Source of the DNA: Ramazzottius varieornatus | Lineage: Eukaryota > Animalia > Tardigrada | Reading direction: 5' to 3' | DNA length: 64,000 nucleotides | NCBI GenBank assembly: GCA_001949185.1 | Contig: BDGG01000001.1 | Span: 9,120,464-9,184,463 of the forward strand | Shown here: in pieces, positions 1-13,494 of the stretch | How the letters are laid out: every line of letters begins with the position of its first letter | How positions within the stretch are numbered: position 1 is the stretch's first letter | Notes under the pieces: generated by a model | The model's input: the letters and a program-made list of their open reading frames with translations, nothing else | Told to the model about the DNA's origin: nothing | The model's database searches: none | Program-made: the position numbers and the translations under genes

Positions 1-1320
1 CAGAATCTTCATTTACATGTATCGAACTGACGCCGTGATATTAGGTCTTTAAGCCTAGCACAATTTCTCGAAAGAATAACTAGAAACCTCAATGGACCAT
101 GGTAAATTACTCTGCCAAAGTTGCGCTGCAAGAGCCATGGTCGTGACTGAACGGCTGGTGATTGCTGGCAGTCTATCAATCCATCCAACCATGTAATATG
201 GCCAACTTCTAATCCCTCCACGCTTTAGACCACAATATCCGACAAAAGACATGCGATGGAGTCTGCAGGCCATGACAGGCCCAACCAGCAGCAATTGAAT
301 CAACGTGTGCTCAGAGCCAGCAGGCCGGTTATTAAATTGAGGATGCTTCTTGATTGCCGCCTTCAGCGCTCACTAAAACGTTTCGATGAAATTTCCTCAA
401 TGAAACCAGTTTCCCTGCTACAAAAATTCTCGACGTCACGGACCGAGGGTCTATAATATGGTACTCAGCGTAGCAGAGAACCTACGCAGGGGAAGGCTGG
501 CAAGAGCTGTCATGATCAGATGGAAGAACCAGTTGGTACGATTGATGATGAGGGAGCTAAAAAGGCAAAACTCGATCGCTTCTCAACTCACTTCCGGTTG
601 TCATCTCCTCGTCAACTTGATAAGTCTTACGCATGATGGATCGTCTTTTAAGTTTGGCGTCACAGCCTACCTATATTTTGTGCGCGACACAACTGGTGGT
701 ATAATACATCGACGGACATGCACGGCGCACCGTTAGTTTCCTGACCCGAGTTCCTTGTCAAAACCAGAAATACATGCATCACACTACGTAAAGCCTTCTT
801 AGCATAATTATTGCGCCAGATGAATCTCCTTTCGTTTCTTACTCAACATTGAAATTAAAAGATGCACTGCGTATCGTTCGATTGGGCACTACACGCGCAA
901 GCACCGCATAACCGGGGCTTGGGCCGACTCGCGTCCATAATTAACGTTCAATATCGGTCATGATGATTTCCCAAGTTTTTACTGTTCAGGGTAACAACTT
1001 CAGGGTAAAGCAAAAAAGAGAGAGAGCAACAACTGAAAATAGCTTCTTACAACATAAAACTACAGAAACGACATGTCACGGCGACTAAACGAAAATACGG
1101 CATGTTGAAAACAACAAAAACGAAGGATATGACCTTTTGAGATTATTATTACTTGTCAAATTTTGTAAAGAATTTGGTATAAAAAAAAGAAGGGAGGTTG
1201 TCTGTCTATGTATGTAGGAACTTGCTTGTTAGGACTATCTGTCTGTCTGTCGAAGGAGAGCGCTCAATCAGTCATGCGGGTTGATATCTGTGGCGGGCAG
1301 AAGAGACAGAGGCTCCTTCC

Positions 1321-3452
1321 TCACAGTCCGGAAGTGCCGTAGCCGTAGTAGGCTGCCGGATCGGTGGCGTTGTTGTGGCCAAAGGCTTGTGCGGGATTAG
1401 CGCCCTGCGAGGACAGCGAGCTGAGAGCGGCATAGGTGTCATAGGGGGAATAGGCCGAGGCCGAGGAGGCCACCCCGACACCGGCCGTATTCTTGTAGTG
1501 CTCATTCATGATGCCCGGCAGGCGGTTCTCGCTGTAGGTGTGGTTAATCAAATTGGCGATGGTGAACTGATTGTGGATGGACAGGTCGGAAGCCGAAGGC
1601 GGCTTCAACCAGGGCCCCGTACTGAAGAAGGAGGCCGGATGGCCGGTGCCAAAGACGCCTTGGGAAGGGTAATGGTTCTGTAATGTCATGGAGGACTGCT
1701 GTTGTTGTTGCTGCTGCTGCTGTTGCTGCGACTGTTGGGCCGCAGCGGCCTGCTGCATGGACTGTTGCATGGATGGATGGTGGGGAGAGGCCTTGTGACC
1801 TTCCAGCGAGCTACTACTGTACATGGAGGTGACGGGCATGTGCAGCGGGGAAGTCTGGTTGGAAGGCAGTGTGGGGGAAGTGCAGGTGGTGGAGGCCGAC
1901 GAGACGGGCACGGTGCCGGCTGTGGCGGCTGGAGGAGCGTTGACGGCGGATGCCGCATCTTCCGAAGGTTCAGACTTGATGGGGGCATCTTCACTGTTGC
2001 CCTCTTGGTTTGAAGACTCGTTGCCCGACCCAGCCACCGACGAACCTTTGTTACCTGCAACCCCTTACACAATCACACATTGAACATTACTGTACATGTC
2101 ATTTCTTTCAGGTCCTCTACAGCTACTCTAACCTCCAGTTCTCCCCTTAAAATAATTACCTAATCAGAAACCAAGACTAATTCCAAGATTAACTGCGAAT
2201 GTAACCAAGCACAACTTCAATGGGTAAATGGATACCTTCTGTCGACTAATGTTGGCTTCTTGAAAAGTAGCAGCAATAAAGAACATTTAGCAGTCGTGCG
2301 GATGACTAGATATGTTAGTACGAATGTTGGAGGACTCTTGAAGGGGGTCAATATTTGTTGAATCTTTAAGAAGGTATAAATAAATAAGCGTTATTATGGG
2401 CTTTAGGTTAAACTATGTACTACTGGCTGCTACAGAATGATTGTCAACAGAACACTCGGCAATGTCACCTCACCACACAATACAGATCAAATTTCCCCAA
2501 GACAAATAATTTAATAAACCTGCTGAAATAACAACAAACAATGGCCTGACATCCAGCAACTGCTACTATCTTCATCTTCTCATTCATTTGATCGAATTAT
2601 TGTTTTTCCATCAGACAAAATGATTTGCCAAATTCTTCCACTAACTTACGACGCTCAGAGCAGGGAAATATATTTCAAGCAATGTCTCGGTGGAAAGTTT
2701 GGCTTGTGTAATAAGGGTAAGAGCTGGCTGAAGAGGTTTGCAGCTCTTTAGAATATGGAAATGTCAGGCGTTGACTTACCATTTCTGAGGCTGTCACGTT
2801 TCTCCTTTTCACATTTGAAGCGCTTTTGTCGTCTCAAGAAACAGCCATTCTCAAACATGTTGCCACTCTGAGGATGGAGTCCCCAGAAAGAGCCCTTGCC
2901 TGGCTTGTCGGGAGTACGCGGCACCTTGACGAAGCAGTCGTTAAAGGACAAGCTGTGGCGGATGGAGTTTTGCCAGCGTTGCTGGTTGGCGCGGTAAAAG
3001 GCAAAGTTCTCCATGATGTACTGGTAGATTTCACTGAGTGTACACATGTGATGGGGCGAATGTTGAATGGCCATTGTGATTAGGGAAATGTAGGAAAAGG
3101 GAGGTTTGGCATTGGTGTAAGCCCGACGATATTGCTTCTCGGGATTACGGGAGCGTTGTAACAAGTGATCGTTATTGGAAGCTTGCAGACTGCCTTGCAG
3201 AGCCCCGCGGACCGAGACGGGAGGCAGTCCGCCGTTCTGCGGCAGTGCGTTGGAAGAGACAAAGTGGCCGGACATGGCCGAACTGACCGCCGCGTTGACG
3301 TTAGAAGGATGATTGTAGGCGCCGTAACTGTTGTAGGCCGACATGTGTTGCCCCGCCATGGCGTTGGACATTTGCTGTACGGCCGCCGCAGCCGGCGAAC
3401 AAAATGACGACGACATTAAGCCCGCCGAATAATTGTCCGACGGATAATGCAT
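1321..3452 (-). CDS. foxA: FoxA (HNF3/fork head/PHA-4 class) transcription factor, 2 exons: 3452-2780, 2054-1321 (468 aa)
   Basis: Forkhead domain [22 protein letters not shown]...[31 protein letters not shown]...[17 protein letters not shown] is FoxA-type. C-terminal eh1-like motif [10 protein letters not shown] and a polyQ tract. Donor G|GTAAGT and acceptor TTGCAG|GT are phase-compatible (1407 nt). Confidence 0.95.
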
Positions 3453-6400
3453 AATCACAGACTATACTCTATATGCTACACTCGATAATAAATACACAAC
3501 AATATTCCCCCAATCTTGGATGATACCACCACCGTGAAACGAAGCCAGAGATAATATTCCGAAAAGAGTGGTCCGGCAGTCGACTATCACCAGTTTGGTG
3601 AATACTCGAGATAGAGATAGGATGCAGGACACTTGAAAAGAGCTCGATGTACTTCTTGCGCGGGCTAGCCAGCTACACGCAGACTACAACTTCAAGATTG
3701 AAAACTAGCTCGAATGACTTTGGCTGCTACGGAAAGCAGTGTGCTCTGGCGCATGTGCACACTTGATGAAGGAAGGAAGGAACGAAGACGCCAAAGTGGA
3801 TCAACAGGCTCCAAGCCAGCAAACCTCCGTACAACCATAACACTACTCAACATTTCCTTGCGTACATATACCGTATAGAAGGTGAACTCGTACTGTAGCC
3901 TACCATCAACAAATCGCGAAGGCGGTGCTGCTTCGCCCGAGGTCTACCCAGCCGGCGTGACGACATCAAGCCATGGCTTTGATCAAGCTATGAATAAATG
4001 GGTGGATGAAAAACCCCATGCACTGTCATGGAGGAAGGTGGAGAGAGAACCTCGCCAATCATTGCTACTTCCTCAACTGAATCATTACACTATATTCCAC
4101 CCTCAGTAATCGGATCGCCCCTTTTGGCTGACGCAATCGATTGGGAGACGACGTACTGTACCATCAGTCCCTCAAGCGCTATTAAATTACATTTACAGCA
4201 ACGGCCACAGCTCCCCAGCGCCATATACATGGCGGAAGTATCGATTGTCATCCTGGCTTTCAAGCTCAGCTTCTTTCCTGACACTGCTCCATGGCACAGC
4301 CCCACTGAAATGTATAGCGCGTTTCATCCCAGGTTGAACAGTTGAAGAGGGGAGAAAGTAGAGTGGTTTGAATGACCTTATGGCTTTGTTTACTGTTGGC
4401 CGCTGGTCATCCCTTTGCAGTGCCCGGCCAACAACATGCTCCACCATATGCTCAATGGCAATTTCGACAGATCGATTAGATGTCATCCAACTCATACAGT
4501 CTCACTGGCAAGCCAGTTAGAAGCTATAGACTACGCACCACCACTACCGGCCAAAAAACAAAGCTATGCAGGGTTTAACTGTTTCATTTTCTTCGGCTGT
4601 GGGAAGATTAGGAGGTGTGGGCTTCTTACTGGGACTGGAGTAAAACGGTCGATGATTTTTGTCAAGTCGTAAAGTAGCGATGAAAAGCCGTAAAAGGAAG
4701 AATGTAGCTGTAATGAAGCTATACGATGATGTCGTGTGGATTTGATGTTTCCTTTCCCGCTTTTGGCCGTGCAAGTGTAAGTACAGTACAGTGCATTAGG
4801 TCATTTTACGGCTGAGCAAGACCGACGTTTACCTGTACCGCGCTTGTCAGTTATTATCGTCCAAAGAATTAACGATTCATCAATGGAAGGTGGCATTTCC
4901 TGACGCACCTAGCAAGTACTCGCTGACTACCGCACTATATCTTGACAAGCTCAACTGACTCACACCATGGCACGCCAAACTTCAAGGTCCAATTTCCGCT
5001 GGGTTCTTGAGAACCAAAGCAGGAAAGAAAGATATGGCATACAAGTACGGACAAAGAGACAACGCGCGAAGCGACATCTTGCAGCGCCAGCCACGCCTTG
5101 CACTTGCAGCGCCAGCCATGGTCAAGTACTCAGTAATCGGTACTGTACAACACAGGCAAAGGCGCTTCGCCGCAAAGGAACAAGGATTTCCCTTCCTACA
5201 AGACGTTCGAGTCAGCAATGGAATCGACATCTCCTACCACTGTCAAACCTATTGAGTGCTCGAGCTGAGCTACCTGCAGCAAGTAAATCTTATAAGCAGC
5301 TCCATCAAAGGTTCGTGTGAGTGTTGCGCGAAAAGGAGCGCGTAACAGCCGCGAGATATGCGGTGATTTGTGCACACCGTAATTTGTTTTAGTTAATCGA
5401 AGGCTCCAGAACGTCTAGTGAGATGGACAATGCAAAGCCCCGAACAAAGAAGGGAAGGGAATTGCACGGTGAAGCCTTTCCTTATAAAGCTGATGGTCAC
5501 TTTCGCCCCATGCAGATAGGGAGTTGGAGCAAGCATTGATCGCTGCAGGTGTCCATGGTTTATCTTGGCACTTAATTACAAAAGGCCCTTTTGACCAGCG
5601 GCTGCTCCAGTGTCATGCCGTATCACGACAATTGTCTTTGCACATAACACCTCTTTTAATTTGATTACCCTCTTCAGCCTTTCCGGCACAAGCCTATAAC
5701 CGACCCTGCCTATAAAGACATCAAACCACTTTCCGATGGATCTTGCACGTGTTATCCCATCGCTCTCACTGAACAAGATAAGAACAAAACAGTCCAAGAT
5801 ATACCTCACCGACCTCCGCACAAAGGATCATTCCTGACACTCTTCCAATGCCAATTCTAGTATCAACGTCTTGGGCGATTTCTTCACATGGTACCGACGA
5901 CGATACTCGGCTGCCTGCCAAAACAGTTACACTGTGGCAACTTTTTTTCCGCGGCAGCCCGCAGCGTCAAAAATACGTCAAAATGGAAGGGTTCTTGCAT
6001 TACTGCACGAAAGATCAGCCAGCTCGTGCGAGGGTGTAAACGACAAGCTGTATGTTGGGGATTTGAAGTTATTTAAGAGAAAAGGTTGGGAGTGAATTTG
6101 GGTAATCAAGCGATAAAGAAGCTTGTTTGGGGGCAACAGGGGGCAGGAAGAGGGCAAGCCGGCCTAATCAGGCAACAATAGGCGGTCACAGCTCGCAAGA
6201 CAATAACACCATGGTGGGTCGGCCATAACATTCCCCTTTTTCTCCTGCCTGCATATGATTATTGCTGCACAATACGGCACAAGTCACTAACACCTTCGTT
6301 CCCATCACATCGCCACCGATAAACATACAAATTAGCACCTCCCCACAAAGGGCCGATTATACCACTGTTTTCGGAAATATTCCCCACTATAAGTGCTTTA

Positions 6401-7524
6401 TCGCGGTCAGATTGGAACTCACAGTTTGTTGCTGATTAGCACCTGCTAAATTAGATATCGAATGACGATCATGCAAGCAAAACCCATCTTCCAAAGGATA
6501 CGAAAATCATCAAGCAGGCAAACCCGACCAGAACGAGGACGACGCTGGCGCTGCAAAGCTTATCCAGCACCGGACGATAACAGAAGAGAAGAAAAAGTCC
6601 CTACCTGCCAGCTTCAACTCATGGTCGACCGCAATGTACGCCCCAAACTGATAGCAGCACTTCAACTGTTAATAACCATACCTGAAGCCATACTGACCTC
6701 CGAAACCGCAAGGCAATACCCTTCGCTGTCACTTCCAGGGCCTAAGGAATCCTAGGAAGCAGTCTCATCTATCCCTTACCAAAACCGACGGGTGGTCTAA
6801 TGCGGAAGCAGCTCCCTGTTCCGCTCAACGTGGCGCACTGTAATAAAGCGCTCGCTGTTCTTCTGCAAAACCAGTCACCCATCCACGGTGTTTCCTCCAT
6901 TCTAGAAGATGCGCTCCCCAAGATTCTCAGACTCTTTCCGTCGCTCTGAGCCTCTGCGCGCGGTGCGTACTGTATGTGCTTGGAGAACCGAACACTGAGG
7001 TCTTCGGTGACGTCGACTCACCTACCGAACGTAATCATCCTAGTTCACACTTTCAGGCGAAATCCGAATGTGGTATGATTAGTACACTGATGCGCCATTT
7101 GTATAACCCTTCTCTGGTCTCTGACAGACAATTATCTTCCACAACAGACCAGCACGCAGCTAACTACCAGAGTCCCTTCCGGTCAGCATCCTTAACTCTC
7201 TGTCAATTTAAATCTCCAGGTGAAAGTGGAAGCAACTGCGAGTCTGGGACTACACAAAGCATATGATGCACTGCACTACAGATACTTCGAAGATCCTGCT
7301 AAGGAGTAGGGACCAAGCAATCGTGAAGGGATATCACTTCAGAACTCGCTAGTCATTCGCTGCGCCTAACGCCAGTTTCCGCAGTGGTGTCAGACAATAT
7401 AACCAAAAACCAGCAGATCACGCTGCTTCCCTAAATTCAACCCCCTTCATTCAAAGATACACACATCCGAGCAACAAGCACACTCCCTCCTACTCAGAAA
7501 ACCGCCTTTACTCATATCACGTAC

Positions 7525-8841
7525 CTGAATAGGTCTTAGATCTGGATTCTCTTCGGAATTCGGTGATGCACGCAACTTAGAGTGAATGTAGCTAATACAT
7601 CCTGCAGGTGACGCGAGGGTCTTTCATTAGTCCATCAACATCTTTCCGTCTTCGTAACATCTTTTACGCCTGTCGAGCAGAAAATAAGCAACTGATTAGT
7701 TTTTGTAGCGTCCAGATGGCAAGTATGAAATCGTGTGAAATGCGAGAGCAACTGGATGCAACAGGTAACGGCATCAATCCTCTTTTTAATTCCACACTGC
7801 CAGCTGAGATTGGGCCGTGCGATAAGTGAGGCTCTTCCGTCCATAGATCGCGACTAGCTCCAACGTTCACTATAGTGCAAGTATGGGCCTTCGTACTTTA
7901 AAGTACGTTTCCGTCGCGAAGTCAATTCTCCCAAATGATCCATCCACCGTTGGCCCAGCCCTGCAAAGACTATCGGCATTAGATCCCATTCTTCATTAAA
8001 AGTGAAATGTTGCGAAATCTCAGGCGAAACGTGCGCGCTTGTCTTATGCCGAATCCCCTGTCGACGTCGTCAGCGTTCGACAACGACTTACCAAGAAGAA
8101 CTGGATATCTCGGTAGTCAAAGTATACGAGGGGTTCAGACTGGATACTGTTGTAATGATGAATCGGGCATGGGAGAAACCTGCAAGAAGGTGGGTTGGAC
8201 CTTTTTAACGATACCCCTGCAGTGACGTTACAACTTACAACCCGCGGCTGTCTAGAAGCTTGAAAGTTGAAACATTCGTCGGAACGATCGCTGTTAAATC
8301 ACTTTGGTCATGACGCACCTGCTCTTCCTGGTTCTCTGACGATTCACTCCATCAGCCGGGGGACGAAAGCAGGAGGAGAAGACTCCTGCGGGGAAAATGG
8401 CGGCTTCGTCCGGTCATTACACATCTATGCATACCAATCTTCGACGACCTTTTCTCGTTCCGCAAGGGCGTCCGGGCGTCCCGATTGACGATCGACGTCT
8501 AGTGAGCCTAGGAAGCAGTTTCATATTGTTAGACTCAGCGCGTGGATCCACGCGCACGACAAACAAGCTTTACGGCGATAACAAGCTAACTTCCGGAAGT
8601 GATTGAGGCTCGCAACATCGGTGGCCCGTTTCGGATAAACCTAGATCGGATAGACCTATGACGACATTACCAATGCCGTCAGCGATTCCGCCGAAACCAG
8701 AACGACGATCCAACGATCGTGGCATATCGACCCGACGGCATGATCCCCACTTCCCCAGTTTCCTCCAGCAGTTTAGGTGCATGGTATAGCGTCTTCAGTT
8801 CTGCGACTTCTCCAGCTTCCAGTTGAGAACTGCGGGCGAAC
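7525..8841 (-). other. Putative unidentified spliced transcript/gene, divergent from MED27
   Basis: Several minus-strand donor/acceptor pairs. Exons 8385-8319 and 8179-8092 join in phase (VFSSCFRPPADGVNRQRTRKSR-FLPCPIHHYNSIQSEPLVYFDYRDIQFFL). A full ORF could not be assembled and no homology was recognised. Confidence 0.3.
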
Positions 8842-9004
8842 CTGTAAACACATTCACCATGGGCAAGAGTAACCTATTCAGCTGTCGACTGCCTTCCGTG
8901 ACTACCAAGGAAAGATACGAAGTCCAGAGATTTACGGGACCGGAGCGAGAACTGAGAAGACTTCAGAGCCGAGAAGTGGAAAAGGAAAACGCCAAAAAAC
9001 GGTA

Positions 9005-9259
9005 CAGTCCGGTCGCTCGAAATCTCGACAAAATTTTCTGATTTCAGAAGAGGAAAACATACGAAGTTAACCGTACTGCTTGCCATGCCCACACAGCCGG
9101 TTATCTGCACTTTGATCAGTTGATTACACGAGTCTCAGCACGGTGTAATGTGTGTGTTATGTAATATTGGGCCTTGGCTTAGTATACCGTGTGGTGAATG
9201 TATGGTGGGCCTCAAACTGAAACTGGAAAATTTCGTCCAGATTTCCAGCGACCGGACTG
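9005..9259. mobile_element. Non-autonomous Tc1/mariner-like MITE (255 bp)
   Basis: 43-bp terminal inverted repeats at 9005-9047 and 9217-9259 (37/43 identical), starting CAGTCCGGTCGC. Flanked by TA (9003-9004) and TG (9260-9261). No transposase. Confidence 0.7.
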
Positions 9260-9524
9260 TGCCTGGTGAAAATGTCTGCCCTCCCACCCCAGGGCGGTTC
9301 CAATGGCAGAGTCGGGCCGACGGCATGCCCTGGTCTGAACGGCAATGCGCTGTGCAGTTTGCACTGTGACTTTGTAGTGTGCACTCTCCGTCAGTAGCCA
9401 GCTTCGGTTCTGCGAAACTCTTCCTGCGATTCTTGTATGCATGCCGTCTTGTGCTTGTAGATCCCTCAGTATCGCAGCATTACTGCCAGGACTAGTGGGA
9501 TTGTCTCGAGGTTGCGGCATCCTC

Positions 9525-11220
9525 ATGGCAGACACGAAGCGCGCGGAGCTGTTCCAGATGGAGCAGATGATCCAGCAGGTGGAAGCTGCACTCAATCGCC
9601 AGAATATTGCTCTCAAAGATTACCACACTGTTATCCACAACGCTCGGGATGAAAATTACACTGCTGAAGAGGCTGCTGTGGAGATCCAGACAGCTTTGAA
9701 TAACCTGGAAAGCTGCTTAATGTGGGCCAGAAGCTTGAAAGTTTGAGTATCCTTTGCCTTATCATCACTGTATGCATGTGTGTGAGGCGCATGCAGCAGG
9801 AATTTGTTGTATGCATGTGCATGTCTCGTATGTTATATCGAAGCTACGCTCAGATTTTATTCCTCTTTTGCAGAGAAGTGGACCAGAAAGTCGCGGACCT
9901 TCCGTCATCTGTTTCCAGCTTGGGTCTTGCTTCGTTCCTGTCCTCGTGTCCGCCCATCGGCGCAACCACTACCGGGCAAGGAGATGGAGGGACCAACGCG
10001 GCAGCATCACCATATCGTTCGCTATACGAAGAGCTGATTACCACATATTCCATCCACGAACGTGTTAGTTCTTCTTCAGCAAGTGGTTTTCTCGACATGA
10101 AAGTATCGTTAAAGATGAAGTACAGCTGCTATAAAGTTGCGCTTAGCTTGTTCATGGGTTTTTAGGGGAGAGAGTACTGCAGTGTCATTTTGCCACATTT
10201 GTCCGTTCATGCCCATCGTAAGATGGGGAAACCACCTAAATTTCATCCGAACCTGCCTCGGCCACACGAAATTTACGAAGAGTAAGACTACGTGGAACGA
10301 ACTGCGCCGTACAGCTCTGTTAGCTGTTTCTTTGGCTCGTGTACTGAATTTTCGTAGTATGGAACCCCATGCTCGAGCTGATGATATGTTTGCAGTGTGT
10401 CCAAAAAGATCGACGCCATCTTCAGGCAGCAATCCGCTTCGTTATCGACGCTGACATTTGCCGTCTATGATCTGCCGGCAGCTGGCGTTATTGTAGAGGT
10501 AAGCGCTTCGTCCTCTTTTCTGACATCTTCGAATCAAGATAACTGATAACTATCCTATATCGAGCTGGTGTCGACGTAGCTCGTGGTGGACCGGATATTT
10601 CGAGTAGCGCTAACCATACGTGGTACAGCCTTCGTCGAAGGAGTAAATATCCGCGGTAGCGATGAAAACTTCAATCTAGAAGCCAAAGCGTTGAGGCCCA
10701 TCGACCTGTGGACACCGTCAGGTTACGAAGTTTACCGAGTGCTGGCCCGAAATGCCACCGAAGCTGTCCTTCATTACCACTCACCCAATGAACCTGAAAG
10801 ATCGCTACGCGGATTCCTGGTAAGCAACCTGTTTATAGACAACCTTTCGCCTGTCTAGAGTACGTCTGTACAATGTCGGAAATCCCTTCCTGTGATCACG
10901 TGACCTTGGCTACTGTTGACTAATGAGACCACGTGATCACGGGAAGGGATGCATTTCCGACATCTTGGAATCATGCTTGCCTCGTTATAGCAATGGATCA
11001 ATTCGTTAGCGACCTTGTTCAGTTCGCCGTGCAAACGATGTGGAAAGTACTTGGACAGCGGTCTCCCAGGTAAGCTAGAATGGAAAGCTAGAAGTATTCC
11101 ATCAAGCTTATGGGGTGCTGACTTCCACTCCCACGTCTGTTTTTAGCCACCTGGAGGGATTACAAGAAGCTAGAAGCGTACCATGAAGCTTGCCGGGTTC
11201 TGACTTTTACCACCACGTAA
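9525..11220 (+). CDS. MED27: Mediator subunit 27, 7 exons: 9525-9721, 9874-10063, 10166-10281, 10396-10498, 10580-10819, 10991-11069, 11147-11220 (332 aa)
   Basis: C-terminal LFSSPCKRCGKYLDSGLPATWRDYKKLEAYHEACR matches the MED27 CxxC...HxxC signature. DLWTPSGYEVYR and AVLHY blocks are also present. All junctions are GT-AG and in phase (999 nt). Confidence 0.9.
10873..10963. repeat. Intronic inverted repeat/hairpin (about 30-bp stem, 27-nt loop) in MED27 intron 5
   Basis: atgtcggaaatcccttcctgtgatcacgtg versus the reverse complement of cacgtgatcacgggaagggatgcatttccgacat: one substitution and one 4-nt bulge. Confidence 0.85.
11085..11218 (+). repeat. Diverged direct repeat: MED27 last intron (11085-11136) copies the last exon (11167-11218)
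   Basis: 40/52 nt identical with no gaps, offset 82 nt. Confidence 0.85.
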
Positions 11221-13494
11221 CTCAGCTCTTATGTTCCGGCCATTGCTCCTGTAAGTTTTTATGGAAATCTTTTATTAGAGTTTCCTGAAGAGTTCGGATC
11301 GTTATTATGCGTTGCGACGAGGATTCGCAGGCCCCAATAGTCTTTGACACTTTGTATATGGAAAACACTTGCAACGTTTATGTATCAAAATCAATGTGTA
11401 ATTCCGAGAGCGGTAAAATTACCGCTGAACCAAAATGACCAAAAGGTAATTATCACGCAGCAGATGCGAGGACTGTCAAAGGGCACTTTGATTTTCTGCT
11501 AAGTCTTAGTGACTGTCATGAAATTAGCTCTAATGGAAAGGGAAAACTGTTCGCTTTCGGCGCATATGGGAGGCCGTTGGATCCTCTAGTGACTAGTCTA
11601 ATGAACAGGGTAGGCAGCGGAAGTTGATACGAGCTCCCGCCGACAGAACACAAAGTCGCTTCTAGGTATGACAGTTCTCGATTACCAGCCATAAATGGTA
11701 ATCTTTCACAGTCCCGACAGGTTCAGTCCGCTGTATCGTATCACTTAGGACGGTCAACCAGTATATTGGTGGAAATTAAGGTTTAAAACTGCCTTTAATG
11801 GAAGTGCTGTGTGTTGATTGCGGAGGGGAAGTGAGTGGGCAACGGTGCTGGTTGTAGCATCAATTTTCAGCTTGATTAAAGGGAAAAGGTGAGGAGTAAT
11901 GAATAAAGTGGTGGAACAGGCAGGACTTCCGGTTGGCCCAGCCTCCAATGCTGGCTGATCCATTTAGGAAGTCGTTGCGTGTAGTTATTGCCAGTGAGGC
12001 ACTTCCGGTGGAACAGACCCAAACTGGCCCTATGCATGCTGCTCGCTTTCTTCCTGATGCCACTGATGGATGTCTACAGGATACCATCATGTCCAGCACA
12101 AATATATGGGAGTCCCAATATGACCAGCTAGAGGTGAAAGGCTGCTTTTCGGCTGAACCATGAAACTCAGAACTACCACTAGCCACTAGGTAAAACAAAA
12201 GTGCCACTTCGGAATTTTATCCCAAACTGTAAACTAACCCGTCAAAGTCAAATATAAGTGTGGAAGTCAATTTTTCCTTATTGAGCTCAAAACAGGAAGA
12301 AAGGCCGGCATTGGGAGGCGGCAAAGTCTCTTTGAACTAGTAACACATCGGTGTCAAGCGCCACGCGACGCCGCCCCGCTGGCAAACCTTCCCTAAATCA
12401 ACAAAGAATTAGTCAAGTATCTTTTCTGGCTTTTCTCCGTGATCGAAATGTGATCGCCATCGCGGCTTTATCTCTTTAGCCTCATCGGACTCATCACATC
12501 AGGAGCCAACTTCAACTTTTGGCGTTGTCAGGATCGATCAACTGCAATGTAAAGAGACCGGTCTCGTCGATTTCTACGGTAAATGTTAGCGGGCCACCAT
12601 AACGCCGGTCGCTGCTTTCGGAGTGATCAAAGTATAAGTTGCGTTTCTCTAAGTTGGCCCCCGCTCTTGAGACATTGCTCATGTTTGGAAGTAAAGGCGG
12701 GTTGTACTGTAGGTGTTGTGGTGTTGGCGAACCCTACAGTGTTGAAGGGACCGTGAGATCCGCATTCAACGTGCGCTATATATGCGAGGTCAAGCAAAAG
12801 TCAGGCTGCCCATGCAGCCGATATCCGCCCTCGTAGGATAGATAGGACGGCCTTGTTGATGGTGAAGAAACGAGTTGGAGGTCGGTGTTAATGGAGTCAT
12901 TTCGTTGGAGTTTAATATCTGACAGGGGAGCCGTTCCACATTCATCCCCGATGACAGCTTCCCGCTGCTCACGATAGATTATGCCTGCTATCCAATACCA
13001 CAAAGTCCCGATCTCATTGCGGTCTCGGTCAGCCAGCCATCTATTTATCCTGTGTATAACAGTCAAGACGAGCAGAGCCGACACTCCATTAACTTGCCTT
13101 CCATCGGGATTTGTCGTAGGCCCACCCTTCCTCCAGCCTCATACCGTACATCCAGCCAATCACAGTCTACGTACAGATCAACAAAGGTGGCGGAAACAAG
13201 AAAGACAGTTAGCCTACACCAAAATGCTTCCCTAATGGCGTAATGGCGACATGAAAATTTGTCATTAATAGAAAAATCTCACGAAAGCTCGTTCAACTTC
13301 ATGTTGCCATCATTTGCGCCTTCCCTTCACGCCCATTTGCCGCATATTTATACTCATTCCAGCAATTGGATTAACTTTAACTGAGCTACTGCTCCGTCTT
13401 ATTACCCTCCTCATATAAAGGCAGAGTTTGTTGGCGTTAACCGTTAATTCTCTCTGAATTACACTTATTTGTCTATCAACTGCAAATTTGCAAT

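Noticed and set aside
101-125. ggtaaattactctgccaaag resembles a spliced-leader exon
   Set aside because: Not followed by a GT donor after AG, and no Sm site or SL stem-loops were seen.
256-636. Protein-like frame (...DDEGAKKAKLD...) at the window start
   Set aside because: Interrupted by TAA at 454-456; no convincing splice model or homology.
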